The notes under the pieces: generated by a model
The model's database searches: none
Told to the model about the DNA's origin: nothing
Seen by the model: only the letters and a program-made list of their open reading frames with translations
Program-made: the position numbers and the translations under genes
In this document: positions 8,787 through 18,794 of the stretch, in pieces
How the letters are laid out: each line of letters begins with the position of its first letter
How positions within the stretch are numbered: position 1 is the stretch's first letter
IMG/VR virus record: IMGVR_UViG_3300042292_001278
Coordinates: 1 to 53,485 of that record
Source of the DNA: a virus
Length of the DNA stretch: 53,485 nucleotides
Direction: 5' to 3' (one strand)

Positions 8787-9020
8787 CTATGTCAATACAA
8801 TTGCAGCCGGATAAATTGCCATATAATCGTTTTCACCTAAGCTAATTTTCTGCTGCTCAACTAAAGTAAAAATTGCAAACCAAAATACTTTTTCACTCAA
8901 TCCCAAATCCTTCTGAGCTTTAGAGGGATAGATAAATACTGCCCTCTTTCCTAGGAATTGAGGGATTAACCATTTTTCCACAATGGTGATCGCATTCTCT
9001 AGTTCTTGAGTATTAATCAT
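8787..9020 (-). CDS. Hypothetical protein
   Basis: 77-aa ORF. Confidence 0.4.
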   Translation of the reverse strand: MINTQELENAITIVEKWLIPQFLGKRAVFIYPSKAQKDLGLSEKVFWFAIFTLVEQQKISLGENDYMAIYPAAIVLT

Positions 9021-9085
9021 AATTTAATCAGCACAAAACTATTGTTTTATTATATAATATAAACAGTTCTAAATGCTAACAAAAT

Positions 9086-9442
9086 ATGGCGATCGCAACG
9101 AACCTAAACCAAAGAATAGAAGGGCAAAAACTTCTATTCACGGCTGCCACTGATACTATGATTATCGGGGGAATAGTTAGCAATCTTTCTGTAACGGATG
9201 CCTATTTTAGCTTAAAACCTTTTATGGTAAATGCTAAGATAGATCGGGGTTTTCCATTCCAACTTCAAACCAAGTTACTCACTCCTGCATTAACAGAGGT
9301 TAAGGCTTTTGCTGCTGATGCTCCTGTTAATTTATTATGGGATTCTAGCGATGGTTGGAACTCGGAAGTTTTAGAAAATTGGAACGGTTCAATCCCTAAC
9401 TTTATTCCTGTATTGTTGAATATAACTATAGCGGAGATTTAA
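9086..9442 (+). CDS. Hypothetical, putative virion/tail module protein
   Basis: 118-aa ORF immediately upstream of tail-like genes. Confidence 0.4.
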   Translation: MAIATNLNQRIEGQKLLFTAATDTMIIGGIVSNLSVTDAYFSLKPFMVNAKIDRGFPFQLQTKLLTPALTEVKAFAADAPVNLLWDSSDGWNSEVLENWNGSIPNFIPVLLNITIAEI

Positions 9443-9446
9443 GATA

Positions 9447-9929
9447 ATGGTTTGGATGGGTTCAAAGGCGAATATAGCCACAATCACGGCTTTAAGTGTT
9501 ACTGATTTAGAAGATGGAATTGTCTTCTATGCTTCTGCCGAAAAAACCTGGTTAGCATTAGCTAAAACCGACACGACTTCAACAGCAAATAGTAAAAGTT
9601 GCTACACTGCCACGGGCGGAGGTAGATGGTTTATATCCAGAGATTCTACGGTTGTCGCCACTACCACGCCAACGGGGTCGGCTGCGATTGGAACCCGTTG
9701 GATATATCAAGAGAATGGGGCGGTCAATAACTATGATTCAGTCATCTCATACATCTACAACGGCACGGCATGGGTTGAGACAGATGCCAGAATGCGCGTA
9801 CACACTAACACCCCGGCAAGTGTTTCCAAGACCCCCAATAGTGCGAGAGAGACGTGGCGAGATACCTCGACAGGGATTTTATATCGTCCCTTTAACGGGG
9901 GGTGGGTAGCAGGAGAGGGAGCTACTTAA
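9447..9929 (+). CDS. Putative phage tail/structural protein
   Basis: SKANIATITALSVTDLEDGIVFYASAEKTWLALAKTDTTS...GTRWIYQENGAVNNYDSVISYIYNGTAWVET. Confidence 0.45.
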   Translation: MVWMGSKANIATITALSVTDLEDGIVFYASAEKTWLALAKTDTTSTANSKSCYTATGGGRWFISRDSTVVATTTPTGSAAIGTRWIYQENGAVNNYDSVISYIYNGTAWVETDARMRVHTNTPASVSKTPNSARETWRDTSTGILYRPFNGGWVAGEGAT

Positions 9930-10702
9930 TGATTCAATTTACCTGTGGAAGTTCACAACCTTTGGACTTAACGCTATTTGACGGGGTTGTGATTGGCTAC
10001 CATTGGCAGTTATTTGTTGACCGGAACGGGACTAAAAACCCTCTGGACTTCCCAGATAAAATCATCCGAGCGCAATTCCTTTATGGGCATAAACATCAAA
10101 AGCCCTGTCCATTTTCCGGTTGTGATTCAATTAAGGAATGGGTGGGGCAACGGGTTGGGAAATTTTCTCAGGTGAGTGAATGGGTAATTGCCAATGAATT
10201 TACCGATGACCTAGGGGTCGCATACCCCAACTACAAGCTCGATGACTTAAAGCGATATTGTGAAGCCGCGCATATTGCCAATCCCAAAGCTCGATTAATT
10301 TTGGGAGATTTCAAACCCCACCTATTCAATAAATGGGATGCGATCGCTAACATCTGTCACGAATTAGCCAAAGATTTTCCGGTAGAGGTAGGGATTCAAA
10401 CTCATTTGAAAACCTATAATGCTCCGGTGATCCTAACCAGATTACCTAAAATTATTGAGATGTTTGATGTTCCCGTGCATTTTATTGAGGCGAGTTTATG
10501 GTATAAATCCGTTGCCGATAAAGCGATTTGTAATGGGCTATGGTCGGAGTTGATATCAATAGCCGAACAGCATCAAGTCCAATCGTTTTGTAATTGGTGG
10601 TTATACTCTGAGGATGCGGAGGTTGGGCGACGGATGCCTACTTTTGATGGTTTAAAGCTGTTTATTCCTCGTGAGGTAGGGGATAATATTGAACTCCCGT
10701 AA
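9929..10702 (+). CDS. Possible GH10-like (TIM-barrel) glycoside hydrolase-like protein
   Basis: VIGYHWQLFVD..., SEWVIANEFTDDLGV, FPVEVGIQTHLK, PVHFIEASLWY, CNWWLYSEDAEVG; translationally coupled (TAATG) to the upstream gene. Confidence 0.45.
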   Translation: MIQFTCGSSQPLDLTLFDGVVIGYHWQLFVDRNGTKNPLDFPDKIIRAQFLYGHKHQKPCPFSGCDSIKEWVGQRVGKFSQVSEWVIANEFTDDLGVAYPNYKLDDLKRYCEAAHIANPKARLILGDFKPHLFNKWDAIANICHELAKDFPVEVGIQTHLKTYNAPVILTRLPKIIEMFDVPVHFIEASLWYKSVADKAICNGLWSELISIAEQHQVQSFCNWWLYSEDAEVGRRMPTFDGLKLFIPREVGDNIELP

Positions 10703-11903
10703 TAAGTCTTTTGTAATAAACAGGAAAACTAATCGAGTCAATAGGTAGTATAGTGGGAGTAACTTTTATTTCTTTAAATACAAAATTATTTATATCATCA
10801 AGGTCTATTATTATTAATTGCAAAACAACATCTTCTGTTAGCAACTTAGAAGGATCTTCAATTGGTTCAATATAATATATTTTATTATTAACAAATGTTG
10901 ATGATTCAGAGCTATTGATTGCCCAAGCAAATTTTTCTAAGTTTTCCAAGTCTATATTTGTAGACATTGGATTTATTACTTCCTCTGGCAAAGTATGCTC
11001 AAGAATATAACCACTGTGATATTTAAAAAAATTGCGTTCGATAGAGGGGATTGTTTGGTATGAGTACCTATTTATTTCGGTTGAACTACCTGATTCGAGA
11101 TCGTATAACTCAAATATTATTTCGTCATTACTAACTCGCCCTTCTGAACCTGGATCGTAATTTGTTATTTTCTTAGTAAAAAATGCGTGTGTTGCACCTC
11201 TTAAAAGATTGACCCCTACAAGAGATCTATCTCCTCCATAAGTATCACCGTTACCAAAAACAGGTTCATAGGATATTGATTCTTTTATTGAATAGGTTAT
11301 TGGTGCGACAAGTCTGTCGAAATAACGATATCCCTCTGGGGAAACAGTTGGTGAAGCATAAACAAATTCAGGAACAGATTTATAAATAACAGGTGGATTT
11401 TCCTCTCCATACCACAACCGACAACCAATATTAATTCCACGCACAGACTCTTCTGCAATAACTGCTTCAGACCCCCAAAAATACCCGTCTCCTAGTGATA
11501 TAACATAATCAGTGTTTACTTGAGATGTTCCTGGCGGCCCTGCCGATGTGATTCTAGTCTCGGTTTTTTCAAAACAAAAACTTAAATCATCATTACTACC
11601 ATTCGTGTAATTCAAAAACTTAGTATCTTCAGATGAAGAACTATTGAACGCCCCTGCTACCGAGAAATTCCAGTTCATTCTATCTATCCCTCTGTTCTTG
11701 AGCAATGTTCCTATTGTTCCGTCAAAGAAGTTAAAGTCTTGATATTTTAACTTTATAGGGATAGCTGACATTCCTGGTATTCCCACAAAAAATAAGTTTT
11801 CCCCTTCTCCTCCACTTGCATATAATTGAAATCCGACCAAAAATTTTATATGCCCTTGCGTATAGGCTCTTGTTCTAAACTTATAAGTCCCATTAATATT
11901 CAT
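10662..11903 (-). CDS. Hypothetical protein, possibly structural
   Basis: 413-aa ORF. Confidence 0.5.
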   Translation of the reverse strand: MNINGTYKFRTRAYTQGHIKFLVGFQLYASGGEGENLFFVGIPGMSAIPIKLKYQDFNFFDGTIGTLLKNRGIDRMNWNFSVAGAFNSSSSEDTKFLNYTNGSNDDLSFCFEKTETRITSAGPPGTSQVNTDYVISLGDGYFWGSEAVIAEESVRGINIGCRLWYGEENPPVIYKSVPEFVYASPTVSPEGYRYFDRLVAPITYSIKESISYEPVFGNGDTYGGDRSLVGVNLLRGATHAFFTKKITNYDPGSEGRVSNDEIIFELYDLESGSSTEINRYSYQTIPSIERNFFKYHSGYILEHTLPEEVINPMSTNIDLENLEKFAWAINSSESSTFVNNKIYYIEPIEDPSKLLTEDVVLQLIIIDLDDINNFVFKEIKVTPTILPIDSISFPVYYKRLITGVQYYPLPHEE

Positions 11904-12808
11904 ATAATTATCGTTTTGTTACAGTCAAAATAGATTTCTGATTCTATTCTATCGTAATATAAACTGCTTTTTTGTGGCGTTGTGTACCCGTAAGCAAAAG
12001 CCACCAAGGAATCATTATCCTTGTCTACCGAGTACAAGAATAGAATATTGGCTTTATCATCTTCTGAACCCATATACTGAACCCCTGTTGATAACTGAAT
12101 AGAAACCCAAGGGGTAAAAGTGGAGACTGTGTTAACAACCTGAATATTTGTATAGTCAACCGTTGTCACCGATTCAGGAATTACCCCCGATAAGATATCG
12201 CTAGACTTAGTTAATATAATCCCATTGTCATCTACCACAAACGAAGCCAGAGACTGAGAAGAAACCCCAAACCCCGTAAACCAATCAACGTTGCTACTAA
12301 ACCACGTCATGCACTCCCTAGAGAAGCAATCCAATGGCGGTGCGGTGGTAACATTCCGATCCTTCTTATCGTAATTTGAAACAGTTATAACTTCGTTTAT
12401 CCCATCTTCATCTATCCTGAACAAATAGAGTGATTTGGCTTTATTTGCCTTAGCAGATGGGATTGAAATATCACTATAGCTAACATAAACGGGCGACGAT
12501 TCCGGTCGGGTATAGGCAAAGGGATTTTTAATTGATACTGTCCCTATGGGTGAGTTCAAAAACTCGGCTTCAGTGTTTAAACATAGCCATTCTGAGTTGG
12601 TTGTGGAGTGAAACATCGGGACAATAGTTGATATTCCTAGGCCATAACTAACGGTTGAATCCCATTGTTTCTTAGCTACTAACTCCAAAAATTCCACTGT
12701 TGGCAGTAACGAAACCGAACTAACATAATCAGTTGTCGTTGGCATTTCTCCCTCTGATCTCTCCAATAATATTCTAACACCCAAACCCATAAAACAAAAA
12801 GCCACCAA
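11900..12808 (-). CDS. Hypothetical protein
   Basis: 302-aa ORF overlapping the next gene by 4 nt. Confidence 0.5.
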   Translation of the reverse strand: MVAFCFMGLGVRILLERSEGEMPTTTDYVSSVSLLPTVEFLELVAKKQWDSTVSYGLGISTIVPMFHSTTNSEWLCLNTEAEFLNSPIGTVSIKNPFAYTRPESSPVYVSYSDISIPSAKANKAKSLYLFRIDEDGINEVITVSNYDKKDRNVTTAPPLDCFSRECMTWFSSNVDWFTGFGVSSQSLASFVVDDNGIILTKSSDILSGVIPESVTTVDYTNIQVVNTVSTFTPWVSIQLSTGVQYMGSEDDKANILFLYSVDKDNDSLVAFAYGYTTPQKSSLYYDRIESEIYFDCNKTIII

Positions 12809-13077
12809 GCGGATGCCGGGTAGCTTTAAGGGAGAATCTTTCCACCAGTATTATTATAACACGAAAACATTAACATAATCAGTCGTTGTTGGTATTGCGA
12901 TCGCACTCCTCGTCTACGGGATAAAAAACTATATATCCCTTTGAGTTTATTGTCACTTTACACTTAATCGTCTTCCCTTGATTGTCGAGTAAATACCCTA
13001 CAATCGACGGCGCAGCTATTTCCGTTGGTGCTGTTTCTGTTGTCACTTTTATTTCCTCAATTCTTATCTAAATTTGT

Positions 13078-13350
13078 TCATGTTGATCTTTTCCACGCTT
13101 TTCTGCAATCTTCAGAAGTGAACTTGTACAGTGTTCCTTTATCACGAGATGTCTTGCCACCTTTACGACCTATCTCAGTCATGTAGTCTTTGTTTCGTGA
13201 TATGGAAGCCCCGCCATCGCTACACTCGTCTGGCGTGAATTTATGAAGCGTTCCTTTATCGTGAGATGCTTTACCCCCTTTGCTAGAAACCTCCCGACGT
13301 TTTTCTGGGCTCATAGCAGCAAAACCACATTTCTTATTTTCTGATTTCAT
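13078..13350 (-). CDS. KGG-repeat (stress-induced/con-10-like) protein
   Basis: SSKGGKASHDKGTLHKFTPDEC...GRKGGKTSRDKGTLYKFTSEDC. Confidence 0.7.
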   Translation of the reverse strand: MKSENKKCGFAAMSPEKRREVSSKGGKASHDKGTLHKFTPDECSDGGASISRNKDYMTEIGRKGGKTSRDKGTLYKFTSEDCRKAWKRST

Positions 13351-13474
13351 AATTTTACTAACATCTAAGTTAATATTTATTTTAACACAAATACCTTATA
13401 ATAAAGAAAAAGTATCTGAGTTTGTAGAGAATCTCAGATACTTTTAAAAAGCAAACACACAAAGCAACAACATA

Positions 13475-14026
13475 ATGATTATACAACAACTTTCACTATT
13501 TGAAACACAACCCGTAATTCTTGATTCAAACGAAAATTATACCCCGTCTGATTTGATTGATTTAGTCCATGAGTTTTATGGATTTCCTGAATTAGACCCT
13601 TTTAGCTGTGAACTTGCCAACCGAACGGTAAAAGCTCAAAAGATATTTACAATTCAAGATGATGGATTTAAACAGAACTGGAGACGGGCTAAAACACTCT
13701 GGTTAAACCCTCCCTACAGCGCGGGATTTATTGAGAAGGTTGTTGATAAATTGATTGCAACATTGAACGAGACTGAATCGGAAGCATTCTTGTTAACCAA
13801 TACCGACAACAGTACGGTTTGGTACAAAAAGGCTTTGAATCGGTGCGATCGCTTCTGCCTACCGTCAACTCGGTTAACTTTTTATTCCCCAAAACGGGCG
13901 CAGGATGGGAAGAAACAAAACCAAAACCGATTCTCCCAAACTCTATTTTATTTTGGATTGCAACCTCAAAGATTTGAGGAAATTTTTGAGGGTTGGGGAA
14001 CTGTTTGCCAGACTTCCAAATGGTAA
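13475..14026 (+). CDS. Phage-type DNA N6-adenine methyltransferase
   Basis: ENYTPSDLIDLVHEFYGFPELDPFSCELANRTVKA...LWLNPPYSAGFIEK. Confidence 0.85.
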   Translation: MIIQQLSLFETQPVILDSNENYTPSDLIDLVHEFYGFPELDPFSCELANRTVKAQKIFTIQDDGFKQNWRRAKTLWLNPPYSAGFIEKVVDKLIATLNETESEAFLLTNTDNSTVWYKKALNRCDRFCLPSTRLTFYSPKRAQDGKKQNQNRFSQTLFYFGLQPQRFEEIFEGWGTVCQTSKW

Positions 14027-14031
14027 AAAAT

Positions 14032-14059
14032 AACCCCTGTAAATTAATTTACAGGGGTT
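14032..14059. terminator. Perfect palindromic bidirectional terminator
   Basis: AACCCCTGTAAATT|AATTTACAGGGGTT. Confidence 0.75.
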
Positions 14060-14084
14060 TAAAGTTTTAGCTATTAATCACTGG

Positions 14085-14297
14085 TTATATATCGCCACGA
14101 CTGACCTCGCGCCGAAGATCCAGGTCTTTATTTAAAACAAATACTCCATCTTGGAGTTCAATCAAATAGCCTGGTTTCAGTGCTTCAAAGATAGATCCTT
14201 GACACCGATCTGCTTTTTTATAATCCCCTGTAGACGCTAACTTGCCTTCCACGAAATTCAGAAAACCATCTTTGTTAAAGATTTTAATATCTCTCAT
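14085..14297 (-). CDS. Hypothetical protein
   Basis: 70-aa ORF. Confidence 0.4.
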   Translation of the reverse strand: MRDIKIFNKDGFLNFVEGKLASTGDYKKADRCQGSIFEALKPGYLIELQDGVFVLNKDLDLRREVSRGDI

Positions 14298-14606
14298 TTG
14301 CTTTGTCCTTTATCAATCATTAATTTAGGGTGCTTTTTATTTGTTGAAACTTAACCTATAAAGTAATCGTTTTTCCTGTTAAAAGATTTTCGAGAGCAAC
14401 TCGATTTTCCATTAGGTGAATGGACTCTCCATCAAGACACTGAGATCCTATCTCGCCCTTTCTAATTTTCAAACAGTGGCTTGTTTTATTTGTCATTACC
14501 ACCACAGGAATAGGGGGATAAGGTGGGGCTACTATGTATGCCGATAATTTCATAATTATTGATTTAGTCCTCTGCGCTAACTCCTATTATAGTACAAATC
14601 AAACCC

Positions 14607-15074
14607 TCAATATCTCCGCCTTAAATATTCTGCCAATAATAACGCCTCTGCCCTCCCGTGATGTTTTTCGAGTTTAAGATTGTTAGTTTCACCTGGAAAC
14701 ATCTGCAACGCCATCACCCTTGACGCTTTCTTATCTTTTCCTATTAGGCTGTAGTGCTTTTTCCATGCCTGGGGAGTAACAAACTCCATCGGGATTCCTA
14801 GCGTTGCAATAATCCCAAGCCAAATCCCAAAACCCATCCCAAAGTTAAAAGTAGAAGATACCCCTTGCTTGGGCATTGCATGAACATTCTCAATAATTAG
14901 GTGAGTATTGATGGTGATCATTTCCTTCAGTCCAGATGCCATTAATGTCGGGTTGGGGCGTATCTTTCCACTAATCTTAATCACTGGACAGTCGAGAAAT
15001 TTAACCTCACCATTAGAAATCCTACACACTGCCCCCGTCGCTCCGGGGTCAATTCCGATAAATGTTTTAGTCAT
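14607..15074 (-). CDS. RuvC-like Holliday junction resolvase
   Basis: TKTFIGIDPGATGAVCRI, LIIENVHAMPKQGVSSTFNFG, TPQAWKKHYSL, HHGRAEALLLAEY. Confidence 0.85.
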   Translation of the reverse strand: MTKTFIGIDPGATGAVCRISNGEVKFLDCPVIKISGKIRPNPTLMASGLKEMITINTHLIIENVHAMPKQGVSSTFNFGMGFGIWLGIIATLGIPMEFVTPQAWKKHYSLIGKDKKASRVMALQMFPGETNNLKLEKHHGRAEALLLAEYLRRRY

Positions 15075-15387
15075 TATCCGTTGTTGTTTGTAAATAGTTG
15101 ATAACAGATGGGCTATAGTCAGATATTAAAATTCTTTCAATTGCCCAAGAGAAGTTGTATTTATCAATTTTTTCACCAAGTCTTCTGCTTAGAATTTTAA
15201 ATATTATTCTGATTTTATCGCCAATATAAGCAGATCCATAATTTAGATTTTTGGCAATCTCAGGATAAGTATTGTCGTTTAATATTCCCTCGAGAATCTT
15301 TCTAGTCAAGCTATCAAGATGTTTTCCGGTCTCGGAAAATACCAAACTATCAACCAACCAGATATATTCTAACTGTTCCCTAGTCAC
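15067..15387 (-). CDS. Protein with vWA-MoxR-associated-type N-terminal HTH region
   Basis: VDSLVFSETGKHLDSLTRKILEGILNDNTYPEIAKNLNYGSAYIGDKIRIIFKILSRRLGEKIDKYNF. Confidence 0.6.
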   Translation of the reverse strand: MTREQLEYIWLVDSLVFSETGKHLDSLTRKILEGILNDNTYPEIAKNLNYGSAYIGDKIRIIFKILSRRLGEKIDKYNFSWAIERILISDYSPSVINYLQTTTDND

Positions 15388-15712
15388 CTATAAAATCTCC
15401 CTCCGCATGGTAGATCCCATTATGAATTTTAAAACCTTCAATATTCTCGGTTTCAATATCCGAAAAACTTACCCGTTCACTAACCATCCAGATTAGTAAT
15501 TTTTCTAAAGTGTCAAAAGCTGGAAGGTGTGGCAGTTCAAGCCTTAATCTATCGGGTGTTCCAAAAGCACCTTTAAAGTGAGTGCTGAATTTAAAGATAG
15601 AATAATGGCGATCGCTTACCCCTCTTGATATTTTTTCCACTTCATCGAGTAGGCATCCTAAGTTTTCCATCCTAAGTTTTCCATCCTTTCTTAGCACTGT
15701 TGGCATCCGCAA
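15380..15712 (-). CDS. Hypothetical protein
   Basis: 110-aa ORF. Confidence 0.4.
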   Translation of the reverse strand: MRMPTVLRKDGKLRMENLGCLLDEVEKISRGVSDRHYSIFKFSTHFKGAFGTPDRLRLELPHLPAFDTLEKLLIWMVSERVSFSDIETENIEGFKIHNGIYHAEGDFIGD

Positions 15713-15947
15713 AAGCTATATGATCTCGCGTTACCTGCCACTTGTAACGAGGTCTTAGTCCCTCTCCAATCCTAACACAATCCGAGTCTGTATCAGTCAA
15801 AGGAATCGCGCCGTTCTGATATTTAAACAGGGCTTTTGTTACCCAGTTAATATCAGTTAATTGTTGATTTCCCCCGCGCTTTTTTGCTGTCTCAACAACT
15901 AATTCCGCGATCTCTGGATAATCTAATTTTAATTTTGCTTTTGCCAT
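15672..15947 (-). CDS. Hypothetical protein
   Basis: 91-aa ORF. Confidence 0.45.
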   Translation of the reverse strand: MAKAKLKLDYPEIAELVVETAKKRGGNQQLTDINWVTKALFKYQNGAIPLTDTDSDCVRIGEGLRPRYKWQVTRDHIAFADANSAKKGWKT

Positions 15948-16110
15948 TAAGACTCCTGTTCGTTATCTATGGTTTTCTTCATTCCTGAGTTAACAGGTGT
16001 TAGTCCCTCTCGCCACGCCAACCATCGGGTTTGCTGGTTTAGTTTGGAGGCGTTATAGTCTTCTAGGGTGATGTTCCAATCCTCAATAGGGGAATAGTTT
16101 TAATTTTTTA

Positions 16111-16479
16111 TTATTTTAGATTGGAAAAAGAAATAGCTAATGTATTTTTTATCCCACCATATAAATCATAAAATTCGACAATTATTGATTCATTTGGTTT
16201 CATCACTCGATAACTTCTATCAAAATATCCTGAACAATAGTCTGTACCGTAATCTTTTTTACAAATAACACGAAAAGGGATATCTGAAGTGATGTTTAAT
16301 TGTTGAGGTATATCTAAAGGATTTTTTATTATGTATTGTGTTTTTTTGTTTTTTGATATAAAAACTAGATAATTTCCTGAACGATTAAATATCGTTCTAT
16401 TTTCATTAGCTAAACATAAATTAGCAAAAGATATGCTCAATAATGTAACAGTCAATAGTGATAAAAACAGTTTTTTCAT
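16111..16479 (-). CDS. Secreted hypothetical protein
   Basis: MKKLFLSLLTVTLLSISFANLCLANEN signal-peptide-like start. Confidence 0.5.
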   Translation of the reverse strand: MKKLFLSLLTVTLLSISFANLCLANENRTIFNRSGNYLVFISKNKKTQYIIKNPLDIPQQLNITSDIPFRVICKKDYGTDYCSGYFDRSYRVMKPNESIIVEFYDLYGGIKNTLAISFSNLK

Positions 16480-16523
16480 TATTTTTTCTTGTTTTGTTTT
16501 ATTGTAATTTTACCATTATTTTA

Positions 16524-18416
16524 CTACATATCAGGTAAAAAGTTTACACTTCTGAAACCATTAATTTCCTTGATTAGTTTTTGACCTAAACCAAAATTTT
16601 GCAATTCATCAAATATTAACTCAGTATTTTCAGCATTCAAACCGAATTGAGTTCTGAGTGATGACTTGCGGTAACAGTCACGGGCGGGTATAGGTTCACC
16701 CTTAAATATTTCTTTGATAAAATTAAACACCGCTTGAGCTGATGGTGAAAGTGTTTTATCCGGCAATACTTTATTGGCTGTACCATTCCACGAAGGTTTA
16801 TATTTGGCTTGTAATTCAGATTCAAGGCTTAAACGCTTTTGCTCGTCCCAACCTTTTGTAATATAAAAAGCAACCTTCACAGATAGATTACCAACAGATT
16901 CAAGATGTTTCTTGACGTGATGTTCCCAATCACCTCGATTATTCCAACGCCTCCAAAGGTCTTTAGATTGACCTATATAGAGGGGATTTTGATAGCCGTC
17001 AACAAATACACAGTATACCCCTGCTTCGTGTTGTGGTAGCCACTGTAAACCACTGGGATAATCAATAGATTGCCATGTGTTGCAATCTAATGGGTTTATT
17101 GATTGCAGTACACTAGGAACATCTTTTTCAATCTTAGGGAGTGAAACCGTCTTAACGTCTATGGGTTTGTTTAAAAAATTAGGATTCAATAAACCTTCGG
17201 GGGCATTGCCTTTTTTCCTATACTCAACATGATGTTTGTGGGTTGGATGTTCGGCGATTTGATGTTGATTTGATCCACAAACAACAACAGGATAGGGAGC
17301 ATTTTGGATATATTGAAATTCATGGGTGTCGTGCTTCCATAGATTTTGAATTTCATTCCTAGCACTAGCGCCACAGAGGATTAAAAGGAAATTATTTCTA
17401 AACTTACCATCAATCCCTATGGCTTCAGTATTATGAGATTGCATAAAACCGATTAAACAAATATCAAATTTCCTGGCGTTAGAAAGTTTCCGAATCGCAT
17501 AAGTAAAGGTCTTAACTCTTTTTTCTTTGCTTTGTAATGGTTTGATAATATCTAATTGTGCTAACTCGGACATCGTGTCGTTAATCTCATCTAAACAAAT
17601 TATTATAGAATGCCCGTCTTTTTCTTTCCGGTTTTCAACTTCTTCAATCAACCAGCACAAAATCTGATAAATTGTTTCAACATCTGATTCAATTCTGGGA
17701 AATCCCATCTGTTCCCAAATGGGATTCTTAGAAGCATGAATATCCAAAACAATCACTTCGGCGGGTCTATGTTGAGTCAATTTACCAATCACGAAACCAG
17801 CGCCTAGAGATGTTTTTGCGCTCCCAGAATTTCCCCCGATCAATATTCCCGAAGATTCATCTGCTAATTTATCCCAATTATAAAAGTTTAAGGTATTATC
17901 AGAGGGAATTTCACAGGGGACGAACGACAATCCATCAGAAGGAATATTATAATTATCTTGATTATATTCTGTAGAAATCTCTCGGTCTAAAACCATTAAT
18001 TGATTCCGGCGAAGATTCCTTTCATTATCTTCTGGTTGGTTTTGTGGCGATGGTGGTGATGGTGGCAATATTTGATTATGGTTTTTGATTGGCGCGATCG
18101 CCTGTTGGCTTTCGTCTAAATATTTAATATCCCTAAACTTTTCTAACTCATATTCCATCCCCAACCGCCGCAGGAATATAGCCTCGGTTTGTTCCTCTAA
18201 TTTGGCTTGCAACTTAGATGATTTTTCTGCCTGACACCCCATCACCCAACCCGCAACAGATAACACCGCACCAGCAGATGTTCCAACTATCCCTAATTGT
18301 GGGTTTTTGTTGATTGCCAAAGGTGAGAGAATTGCCAGACTACAGCCAGCAATGGTTAGACCTATTGACCATGTTGACAGGTGAGGATTTTTTAAATGTT
18401 CAGGGGTGTTATTCAT
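16524..18416 (-). CDS. Membrane-anchored P-loop ATPase fused to a C-terminal GIY-YIG nuclease-like domain
   Basis: N-terminal hydrophobic segments; GILIGGNSGSAKTS Walker A-like; SIIICLDEIND Walker B; C-terminal AGVYCVFVDGYQNPLYIGQSKDLWRRW. Confidence 0.75.
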   Translation of the reverse strand: MNNTPEHLKNPHLSTWSIGLTIAGCSLAILSPLAINKNPQLGIVGTSAGAVLSVAGWVMGCQAEKSSKLQAKLEEQTEAIFLRRLGMEYELEKFRDIKYLDESQQAIAPIKNHNQILPPSPPSPQNQPEDNERNLRRNQLMVLDREISTEYNQDNYNIPSDGLSFVPCEIPSDNTLNFYNWDKLADESSGILIGGNSGSAKTSLGAGFVIGKLTQHRPAEVIVLDIHASKNPIWEQMGFPRIESDVETIYQILCWLIEEVENRKEKDGHSIIICLDEINDTMSELAQLDIIKPLQSKEKRVKTFTYAIRKLSNARKFDICLIGFMQSHNTEAIGIDGKFRNNFLLILCGASARNEIQNLWKHDTHEFQYIQNAPYPVVVCGSNQHQIAEHPTHKHHVEYRKKGNAPEGLLNPNFLNKPIDVKTVSLPKIEKDVPSVLQSINPLDCNTWQSIDYPSGLQWLPQHEAGVYCVFVDGYQNPLYIGQSKDLWRRWNNRGDWEHHVKKHLESVGNLSVKVAFYITKGWDEQKRLSLESELQAKYKPSWNGTANKVLPDKTLSPSAQAVFNFIKEIFKGEPIPARDCYRKSSLRTQFGLNAENTELIFDELQNFGLGQKLIKEINGFRSVNFLPDM

Positions 18417-18759
18417 TGTTTCCTTGAGGTAGAGAGAAAAATATCCAACATGAAACCGTTATTGTTAATAATAAAATCCACAATAATAATCTTAAGACTA
18501 TCCAAGATTGTCCTATTCCTAAAGCGTAAAATATGCCAATCAATAAAGATATTGCACCGAATATCAACTCATCAGAATCGGTTGATTGTTGATTCTCTGA
18601 TAACAAATAAACTGCCACGCCGCCAACAATTGAACCCAGATAAAGACAAATTGATAACACTCTAACCTCTGGATAAGTTAGTGCGAAATGGGACAGTAAA
18701 AAGGAACAAGATAAACCTGTTCCAAAGATTGAAAACTTTTTGACTTTCCATAGTTTCAT
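18409..18759 (-). CDS. Membrane protein
   Basis: 116 aa, mostly hydrophobic. Confidence 0.5.
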   Translation of the reverse strand: MKLWKVKKFSIFGTGLSCSFLLSHFALTYPEVRVLSICLYLGSIVGGVAVYLLSENQQSTDSDELIFGAISLLIGIFYALGIGQSWIVLRLLLWILLLTITVSCWIFFSLPQGNNE

Positions 18760-18794
18760 GTTCTGATTGGGGGATGTTTCACCCCCAAATAAAT

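Noticed and set aside
8433-8845. Three + strand ORFs opposite the zinc-ribbon gene.
   Set aside because: Low-complexity or aromatic-rich products lacking motifs; the minus-strand frame has two well-formed zinc ribbons.
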